A stretch of DNA of 41,757 nucleotides. Origin: Cyanophora paradoxa CCMP329. Its lineage: Eukaryota > Plantae > Glaucophyta. Below the pieces are notes generated by a model. The model did no database searches. It had not been told where the DNA came from and worked only from the letters and a program-made list of their open reading frames with translations. Location: the NCBI GenBank assembly GCA_004431415.1, contig QPMI01000308.1, forward strand, positions 1 through 41,757, in the 5' to 3' direction. Below are positions 24,401-41,757 of this stretch, one piece after another; position 1 is the first letter of the stretch; the number at the start of each line of letters is the position of its first letter. Position numbers and translations under genes: made by a program.

Positions 24401-27104
24401 CAGGAACCCGGCGCTGCTGGGGTACAGCGCGCAGCGGATCCGGCAGCGGCGGGCCTTCCTGGAGGAGCTGGAGGCGAAGGGGCACCGCCGCCCCGCCCTC
24501 GCCGCCGGCCTCGAGCGCCGCGGCCGCCACTCCAACCCCTCCCCGCTTGCCCTCTCCCCCATCCAGGCTCCCCCCCCCCCCCCCCCCGCCCGCCCCCGCT
24601 CCCCTGACCGTGCGGCGGGGCGGCAGGCGGTGGGCCTCCCCGACGACCGCTTCGCCGCCATCCTCGGGGTCCCCGAGCAGAGGTGGTGCGCGGGGGCGCG
24701 GGGGCCCTCCCCCCGGGGCCCCGGCGAGGCGAGGCGCGCAGGTGGAAGTTCAAGGAGCGCTGGGACCGCAGGGAGGCCGCCCGGGGGAAGCGGCGGGGGC
24801 GCGGAGCCGCCGAGGGCGACCCCGCCGGCCCCGGCCCCGCCCTCCGCAGCACCGTGCCCGCCCCCTCGCCCCGCTCTCCTTCGCCCCTCGCGAGCGCACC
24901 CCCCTCCCCCAGAGCCCGAGGCCGCCCGAGAAGGCGGACATGGTCGCCGACCCGCGGCCGGCCGAGGGCGAGGCCCGCGTCGCCCAGGTTCGAGCCCCCG
25001 GGGGGCCCTTTCTCGAGTTCGTCAGCGGAGCCGGCCCCCCGCAGCTCCTGGAGATGGACCGGATCCGGAGGGAGCGTACCCCCCGACGCCTCGCCGAGTA
25101 CGGCGCAGAGGAGGAGGACCTCTCCGTCCGTTGTTTTTAAGGATGGGGGGGAAGAGAGGGGTACCGACGGTTCTTGCCGGGGGCAGGAGCTGGTTGGGGG
25201 TGCCGTGACGACGCTGGCGGAGCTGCGGAAGGCCGTCCTGGAGGTGCGGCGGGGCGGGGCGGCGGCGGGGTACGGGGGCGCTGAGGGCGGGGCAGGCGGG
25301 GGACGGGGAGGAGGAGGAGGGGGCGCCCGGGGGCCTGCGCCCGGCGGCGAGCCCCGACAGCCCCTACTTCCAGGTGCCCCCGCGCCCCGCGCAGAGCACG
25401 CGCGGGCCTCGCCGCGCGCCCCCGCTGCGCTGCCGCCGCTCCCGCGCGCCTCTTGACGCGGAGGGGCGGGGCAGTCGCGGGAGTACTTCATCCGGGCGCA
25501 GAAGTCGCGCGCCTGCCTCACCCTCCTCGCCGCCCTCTTCGGGGGCGACGCCGTGCGCGCCCCGCCCGCCCCCGCCCCCGCCCCGCCCGGCGGCGAGCGG
25601 GCGGCAGGCCAAGGCCAAGGCGGCCGCCGCGCGGGCGCCGGCCATCCTCGACGCCTCCCGCTCCGAGCAGCTCAGGTGAGCCCCGGGCCCACGCGGGGCC
25701 CCGCGCGCGGCCCCCGACGCGCCCCCGGGCTTGCAGGCCGGCGCTGGCCCTCCTCGCCTCCCTGGGGATCCCCGGCCCCGCCCTCTCCGCCCTCGTCGCC
25801 CGCTTCCCCGCCGTCCTCCTCTACCCCCTCGAGACCCAGGCCCCCGCCCCCTTCCACCCCCCTCTGGCCCCCTCACGTGCCCCCAGATCACCATCATCAG
25901 CTTCCTCCACTCCACCCTCGGCTTCTCCCTTTCCGACATCGGTACCCCGGGCCACGAGCCTTCTCCCCCCCCCCCTTTTGTCCACGCATCCCTCACCCTC
26001 CCCGTAGGCAAGCTCGCCGCCCGCGTACCCCGCCTCCTCGGCGCGGACTACGTCGGAATCCAGGTACCCCTTTACGCTGCGATCCCCTCCCCGAGCTCCT
26101 CATTTTCGCCGCAGCGGAACCTGGACTTGCTGCGCGGCTCTCTTGGCCTCTCCGACGCAGAGCTACGAACCCTCGTGCGGCCCCCTAACCCAGTCGATCG
26201 CGGTACCCGTCTCACCCGCCCGCGTCCCTGTGCAGGTGACCGGCAACCCGAGCGTGCGCCAGCGTACCCGCCGGACACACGCCCTCTCCCCCGTGACGTC
26301 CTCCCCCCAGGTCCTCCTCCTGAGAGGGGAGGTGCTGGCGGCCAAGCAGCGCGCCGTCTTCGACCTGAAGCTCCCCACCGAGACCTTCCTCCGGTACCCC
26401 CCCCCTGGCCCGGCGTACCCCCGGGCCGCGCCGACTTGGCGCGGGGGGCAGGCACCCGTGGATCTATACGTCGAGCTCGGAGCGGCTGCGGGACCTCGTC
26501 GCCTTCGCCGCCGCCCGCGGCGTGCCCCTCGACCCCGCCGAGTACCTCACCGGCGACCTCGCCGTACCCGTCCCCCTCCCCCCCCTCCCCCCCGCCATCC
26601 GCTCACGGCGCGCAGATCTGCGGGGAGGAGGGCTGCAACAGGGCGGAGGCCCCCCCGGCGGGCCGGGGCCGGGGCCGCCCACGCAAGGAGGCGGAGGGGG
26701 CGAGCGGGGCGGGGGCGGCGGGCCCTCGGGTGCTCCCTCTGGGGGTGCTGCGCCAGAACCTGGAGGTCGTCGCGGGGGCCCTCGGCGTGCCCCCGGCCGA
26801 GCTCAAGGCCCACGTCGCCAGCCTCAGGCCCGCCCCCGCCCCCGCCGCCCCGCCCCGCCCCCCGCCCTGAGGCGCCCCGCAGGGTCGAGCGGGCGCTCGA
26901 GCGGGCGCGCGTAGAGGCCGAGCGGGCCGAGGCGGAGGGCGAGTACGAGGAGGAGTACGATGAGGAGGACGAGCCGCGGTGCGCCAGCCCCGCCGCCTCC
27001 GCCGGCCCCGCCGCGCGCCGGCCCCGCTCACGCGCCGCAGGGGCCGGGCGCTCTACCTGGACCCCCCGGGGGACGCCGCCGCCCGGGACGCCTGGTACCT
27101 CTAG
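21463..27104 (+). CDS. Plastid-targeted mTERF-family protein with two blocks of mTERF repeats; >30 exons
   Basis: Transit peptide MAFQTPTVTGLFSRRARRPPLAAP, then an acidic region and repeats such as IISFLLELGIP...LILAFDPVETRLVPVVEFLSAEVGLS, YPWILLFNP, FPGLLGLS|EERKLRPAVELLGSLGL, MPNVLGLSVEAK|VAPTVEFLRGEGL, NPALLGYS, ARFPAVLLYPLE. Stop TAG at 27102-27104. Confidence 0.85.
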
Positions 27105-27310
27105 CAGGCGCCCGCCCCGTCGTCGCGAACGCGCTGCTCGTCGGCACCCACGTCAGCTCCCACGAGGGATGCCGGCCGCGGCGTGTGCGCGTGCGCGTGC
27201 CGAGCATCGGCATAAAGAATGAGAGGTTAGAGACGTCTCTACGATAATCTAGCGAGCGGAGTGGACGGTGGTCTGGGGCTGGTGAGAGGGCGATCGTGAC
27301 GGGTCGGGCG

Positions 27311-27362
27311 CGGCGCCGGCCGGCGCGCGAGCGGCGCCGGCCGGCGCGCGAGCGACGCCGGC
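27311..27362. repeat. 21-bp tandem repeat (cggcgccggccggcgcgcgag) x ~2.5 immediately 3' of the GUN4 stop codon
   Basis: Directly visible. Confidence 0.7.
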
Positions 27363-27367
27363 AGCGC

Positions 27368-28400
27368 TTAGGAGGACCAGGCGGGGTGGCTGAGGAGGCG
27401 AAGGTGGCCGTGCTTGCCCCGGAGGTGCTGCGGCGAAGGAAACAAACGGTCGGCGGGGCGGGGCCGGGTGGGGCGGGGTGCTCGGCCACGCGGCGAGGCG
27501 GGGCGCACGTTGGTGAGGGGGAGGTGGCCCTTGGGGGCCTTGTCGTCGTAGATGTACTCCTGCGGCCACTTGCGGAAGCGGAAGATGCCCTCCACGAGCT
27601 TCCCGTTCATGTCGATGTCCGTCTTCCAGCCGATGGTGATGAAGAAGTCACCGAACTTCTGCGGGCGCGCGCGACGGGCGTAAGAAAGAAACAAAGAGAA
27701 GAAGCGATGGACGGAGACGGCTGCGAACCTCCTGGCAGTTCTTCCAGACCTTGTACTGCACGCTGAAGCCGTGCTTGCCGTTAGTGTTCTCAGTCCAAAG
27801 GCGGTCGATGGTCTGCAGGTCGGTGGTGGGGAGAGCCTCGTACCTGCGCCCGCGGCGAGCGCAGGGGAGCGTGACGTCAGAGGACCCCCGGGATCAAATC
27901 TGCTGAGACTTGCGCACTCGTCGGGGAACAGGAACTTGCGACGCTCAGCATCCTCGCCGGTGAGCACGCAGAGCAGGCGACGGGTCTCGTCATCCGCCTT
28001 GCGCAGGTCCCCTGCCTTCAGGTGGGCCTCAAGTGCCGAGTAGTCCACGCCCTTGTCCGACGCGAGGCGCTCCGGCTGTATGTTGCGAAAGAGATTCAGA
28101 CTTTAGCGCTAAGCCAGGATAGGGCAAGAGCGCAGCGCAGCACCCCCGCACCGCGCTGGTCTCGGCACGGATCGAGCTGGTGAACTCAAAGGCGGAGGGG
28201 GCGGCTGCTGCCGACGCCACGAACACCCTCCCGCCGAAGAACGACGAGCGGGCCGACGCCGACGCCTGGAACGCGCGGGAGCTTGCCTGCTCGGCGCGGG
28301 CGACCGGAGAGCTGGGGCTGCTGCAAATGCGACTGCTCGTCACCTCAGCACGAGACGGGCCGGCGGCGACCGCCGGGACTGTGAGCGCGAATGCCGACAT
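27368..28400 (-). CDS. GUN4: GUN4/Ycf53 tetrapyrrole-binding protein, plastid-targeted (5 exons)
   Basis: Transit peptide MSAFALTVPAVAAG... (ATG at 28400). Domain LASDKGVDYSALEAHLKAGDLRKADDETRRLL...DLQTIDRLWTENTNGKHGFSVQYKVW...IGWK...WPQEYIYDDKAPKGHLPLTN|HLRG...HPAWSS* matches the GUN4 hallmarks. Confidence 0.92.
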
Positions 28401-28464
28401 CCTCTCTCGGATCTTGCTGTCCTCGACTCTACCCCCCGGAGGCTTCGTCCCCCCTCCACCCAAA
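28401..28464. promoter_or_regulatory. Putative bidirectional promoter between GUN4 and the RING-CH gene (64 bp)
   Basis: Predicted ATGs at 28400 (-) and 28465 (+). Confidence 0.55.
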
Positions 28465-29630
28465 ATGCCGGCGCCGGCGCCAACGGCGCCGCCCGAGTTG
28501 CGAGACGCTGACATCGATCGCCTCTGCTGGATCTGCTGGTCGGCGCGCCCGCGCACGCGCTGAGGCTTCGCTGAGGTTTTTGGCTGCGCAGGGAAGACGA
28601 ACATGCGAGCCCACTCGTACGACGCTGCTCATGCCCGAGGTCTGTTATGGCTTCTGCGCGACTTCACGCATGCGTGGCTTCTTGGCACACGCTGTTTCGC
28701 CCCTCGCCGCCGCGCAGCGCCCTTGCAGCGCCCCTCGCGCGCGCTTCTTAGACTCGCGCTTACACCATTCCCAATACTGCTGCTCCCCCCTGCGCGTGGC
28801 CCTCACCGCCCCGCTTCCGCACTCACCGCTGCTTCGCGTTAGGCTGGTGCACGACATCTGCTTGAGAAGGTACTTCCGATTCGAGACGATATCGCTAGCT
28901 GACGCCACCATTGCAGATGGCAGAAAGAGAACTTCGCAACGCGTACGCCTACACTTCGGATTCTCGCGTGTATCACTGCGACGCGTCTCCGTGCTGATTC
29001 TCGCATTGCGATTAGGGCGGGAGTTCTGCTGCGAGTTTTGCGGGGCTGCAATCCCAGACTGGCGGCAGGAGATGAGCCGCGCGGCCCGCATCTTCGACTG
29101 TGTCGCTCGCATCGTCACGCGCTGGGCCGGTGCGTTCCCGGGCCAGCCGAGACGCCCCGCCCTCGGCCTCGCTGGAAGTGCCGATGCCCGCCAGACGCGT
29201 TCCTGATCGCGTACTCCCTCCTCTTCATCCTGGCGATGGCTGTGGTCGTGGGCATCTTCGGGTGAGCCGCCCGGCTCGCCGCCCTGCGCCGCAAGAGCGC
29301 GACCCCGCGGCGTGCAGCGGGCCGGACGCCCGCAGGCCGTGCAGCGCCGCGGACGCGGCGCGCTGCGGGGGCCGCGGCGCCCAGCCGAACGAGACGGGCG
29401 CCGCGGCGGCGGCAGCAGCAGCAGCGGGGGCGTCGGCGGAGGCGCTGCGGCGGAGGTGCGAGTCGGTGGCGATGTCGGTGGGCTTCGGCGAGGACGTAGT
29501 CACCGTCCGGCGCTGCAGGGGCCGTCCGGTCACCGCCCCGCCCAGCGCCGCCCCCGCCGCCTCGCCAGCCCCCGCCGCCCCGCCCCTCCCCACCTCGGCC
29601 TCCGCCACCGCCCCCCTCTCCGCATCGTGA
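28465..29630 (+). CDS. RING-CH (RINGv/MARCH-type) E3 ubiquitin ligase with a transmembrane segment (multi-exon; not recovered by the ORF track)
   Basis: Spliced: MPAPAPTAPPELRDADIDRLCWICWS|GEDEHASPLVRRCSCPR|LVHDICLRR|WQKENFATR|REFCCEFCGAAIPDWRQE, a C4HC3 pattern. This is followed by AFLIAYSLLFILAMAVVVGIFG (TM) and a stop at 29628-29630. Confidence 0.8.
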
Positions 29631-30551
29631 GCCGCGCCCCCGTTTTTCTCGCAGTAGAATCGAGATCTAGACGGCCTGGCATATCCATAGAGGCCCGCGG
29701 CCGGTGGGTCGTTCAACGGTTTCGAATTCCTCTCATGATCATGTACATTCTGATCGGAGTCTTTTTTTGGATCCGCGCTGTAAATACATGCAACTCCGCG
29801 GCTCGTGTCTCCGTGTCCTAAATGCGCATGCCCGTCTTTTCCCTTTTCGAATTTGAGTCTTACGCGTACGTACAGCTCCAGCCGGCGCCTGGCAGCGAGC
29901 CTACGTATAGCGCGAGCTAGGCCGGGAGCGTATACGCGTACGTAGGCCTGATCATGACGTCGACCTGCAGCTAGCGCTGCCGCGCGCCCCGCCCGCGGCC
30001 GGAGCTCGAGATCCGCGCTGCCGCCCGCGCACGTGCACGTGCACCGCCAGCCGCACCGCCGCCCGCGCGCCTGCGCATGCGCATGCGCCGTCCCGCCCGG
30101 CGACCGCGCCGGCGCGCGCGCGCCGCGGGGCGCCGCAGCCGCCCGACCGCTGTCACGCTGTCCGAGTTCAAGTTCATGGTGACAACCCTAGGGGGGTACG
30201 TAGCTAGTCGTCGTGGCAGTTGTGTTCGCGCCAGCTGGCAATGCCGCCTCAGCCCGCCTGGCATGCGCTGGAGGCTGGAGGCTGGAGCTCCGACCTCCGA
30301 CGAGCCTCGCCTCCAAGGCGGCAAGGCCCCGACTGAGGGTCGCCCCGAGCTCCGAATTCGAATCGAATCGTCACGTGCACCTTATTTGAAAAAGCACTGC
30401 ACTGCGGCCGCACTGCGGCAGCAAGCCTTCATCGTTCCGCCCGAGGATCCAGCTCCCAGCTCTAGAACCCCCGCGCGCCGCACCAAGAGCTCGAGCCCAA
30501 GTCTTCCCAATTCAATTGCAAGCGCTACGTATATATACTGCTCCAGCTGCG

Positions 30552-33482
<2,931 letters not shown>

Positions 33483-34440
33483 GCCTTCGATCGCGAGTCT
33501 TAGCTCGCTGGCATCTTTATAATCTACAATACTTCCTCAGGCCTTAAGCTTGATACATGTATGTACTTCAAATTCTAGACTATATCTTATGTTAACGTTA
33601 TGTACTTAAAGACTGAAATTGTTTTTGTAAAGATCGATATCGATGTACACGTATACGTAGCTATAGGTGTCTTTTAATTCCTTCGTTGATCATGGATCTC
33701 TTTCCGTTTCTTTCTTTAATTTCGAATCCAGCGCCTCCAGTATCATGATCATGATCAGAATGAATCACTCACGGTTACGAAAACCTCAAAAGAATCACAG
33801 TGCGAAAACCTCAAGACGGATAGGACTCCGCCGGCCGGGGCAGACGACGAATATTAACGCCGCCGCCCGCCGCTCCGGAGATCCACGCCGCCGCCCGCCG
33901 CTCCGCGGATCCTAGGCCTGCCCTCCGTCCAGCGAATGCGAGCCGCACCGCCGCCCGCGCACCTGCGCATGCGCCCCGCCCGCGGCCGGCCCAGGGACCG
34001 GAAAATTGTCTGTCACGCCGCGACCGTCGGTCTCACGCGCTGTCTGGGGACTCGGGAATTGGAATTGAAATTGAAATTCAAAGCAATTTCGATGGCATGA
34101 AGTTTCAAGGAGACAACCCTAGCGGGGTACGTAGCTTGTCGTTGTGGCAGTTGTGTTCGCGATCGCGCCAGCTGGCATTGCGCTGGAGGCTGCATGGAGC
34201 TCCGAGCCTCCAAGGCCCCGCCGAGCTCCGCCAAGCGCGCGGCGCCGCATACTGGGAGTCTGGGCCGCAGTGCGCATTCGCATAATTGTCACCTTGATAA
34301 TTGTCACCTTGAAAAAGCGCTGCCTGCAAGCCTTTATCGTTCCACAAAGCTCCAGCTCCCCAGATCTAGATCGACCCCGGCCCGCGCCGCACCAACAGCC
34401 CAAGTCGACTGTCTTCCCAAGCGCTACTGCTCCAGCTGCG

Positions 34441-37373
<2,933 letters not shown>

Positions 37374-38332
37374 GCCTTCGATCGCGAGTCTTAGCTCGCT
37401 GGCATCTTTATAATCTACAATACTTCCTCAGGCCTTAAGCTTGATACATGTATGTACTTCAAATTCTAGACTATATCTTATGTTAACGTTATGTACTTAA
37501 AGACTGAAATTGTTTTTGTAAAGATCGATATCGATGTACACGTATACGTAGCTATAGGTGTCTTTTAATTCCTTCGTTGATCATGGATCTCTTTCCGTTT
37601 CTTTCTTTAATTTCGAATCCAGCGCCTCCAGTATCATGATCATGATCAGAATGAATCACTCACGGTTACGAAAACCTCAAAAGAATCACAGTGCGAAAAC
37701 CTCAAGACGGATAGGACTCCGCCGGCCGGGGCAGACGACGAATATTAACGCCGCCGCCCGCCGCTCCGGAGATCCACGCCGCCGCCCGCCGCTCCGCGGA
37801 TCCTAGGCCTGCCCTCCGTCCAGCGAATGCGAGCCGCACCGCCGCCCGCGCACCTGCGCATGCGCCCCGCCCGCGGCCGGCCCAGGGACCGGAAAATTGT
37901 CTGTCACGCCGCGACCGTCGGTCTCACGCGCTGTCTGGGGACTCGGGAATTGGAATTGAAATTGAAATTCAAAGCAATTTCGATGGCATGAAGTTTCAAG
38001 GAGACAACCCTAGCGGGGGTACGTAGCTTGTCGTTGTGGCAGTTGTGTTCGCGATCGCGCCAGCTGGCATTGCGCTGGAGGCTGCATGGAGCTCCGAGCC
38101 TCCAAGGCCCCGCCGAGCTCCGCCAAGCGCGCGGCGCCGCATACTGGGAGTCTGGGCCGCAGTGCGCATTCGCATAATTGTCACCTTGATAATTGTCACC
38201 TTGAAAAAGCGCTGCCTGCAAGCCTTTATCGTTCCACAAAGCTCCAGCTCCCCAGATCTAGATCGACCCCGGCCCGCGCCGCACCAACAGCCCAAGTCGA
38301 CTGTCTTCCCAAGCGCTACTGCTCCAGCTGCG

Positions 38333-41270
<2,938 letters not shown>

Positions 41271-41757
41271 GCGTTTGAGTCTTAGCTCGCTGTCATCTTT
41301 ATAATCTACAATACTTCCTCAGGCCTTAAGCTTGATACATGTATGTACTTCTAGACTATATCTTATGTTAACGTTATGTACTCAAAGACTGAAATTGTTT
41401 TTGTAAAGATCGATATCGATGTACACGTAGGTGTCATTTAATTCCTTCGTTGATCAGGATCTCTTTCCGTTTCTTTCTTTCGAATCCAGCGCCTCCATTA
41501 AATTAAAAAGGAATTGCCCGATCAGAATGATCAGAACGAATTACTCACGGTTACGAAAAACTCAAAAGAATCACAGTGCGAAAACCTCCGAGGCTCAAGA
41601 CGGATAGGACTCCGCCGGCCGGGGCAGACGACGAATGTTAAATCGAACAGCCTGCAGCCTGGCAGCTCGAGATCATCGAGTCATCGGAATTTGGACAGCC
41701 CTCTCCCCGCTTCATGAGACTCTGATCATGATCATGAGAGATATTCAATGATTATGA

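Noticed and set aside
25120-25190. Stop at 25138-25140 ending the mTERF gene (two-gene model)
   Set aside because: The stop lies in a plausible GT..AG intron, and coding resumes with ELVGGAVTTLAELRK. No new start or transit peptide was seen.
5-27250. Very long Pro/Arg/Gly/Ala-rich ORFs in the track (e.g. 5..2056, 10628..13117, 10781..13249, 16202..18037, 23815..25521)
   Set aside because: Stop codons are rare at this GC content. These ORFs run through introns or lie antisense to recognisable spliced genes.
30184-30191. Telo-box/telomere-like aaccctag upstream of the subtilases
   Set aside because: A single short match repeated only through the duplication, which is expected by chance.

Overview
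Very GC-rich, gene-dense eukaryotic nuclear DNA with many short (mostly ~45-80 nt) spliceosomal introns. Most long ORFs in the supplied track are therefore GC-driven artefacts, and I spliced the genes by eye. Two proteins have plastid transit peptides with an N-terminal Phe (MAF.., MSAF..). Together with the intron style, this suggests a glaucophyte such as Cyanophora (inference). Genes in order: the 3' part of a membrane class III nucleotide cyclase (+); a RAD5/SHPRH-type SNF2 helicase with a RING finger and an N-terminal SIM plus RIN13-like Cys/His domain (+); a probably mitochondrion-targeted helical/coiled-coil protein (-), head-to-head with SLX9/FAM207A (+); an RWP-RK transcription factor (-), head-to-head with an unknown protein with a Q/G-rich tail (+); a long plastid mTERF protein (+); GUN4 (-), head-to-head with a RING-CH/MARCH E3 ligase (+); and three tandem ~3.9-kb copies of a membrane-anchored S8 subtilase (+). 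Most notable observations: (1) comparing the paralogous copies reveals a recurrent mutation type, short fold-back insertions that create micro-palindromes; (2) subtilase copy 2 is a 5'-copy3/3'-copy1 chimera; (3) GC-AG introns are very frequent; (4) divergent gene pairs have start codons only ~60 bp apart; (5) several unusual domain architectures. All exon boundaries are manual predictions.
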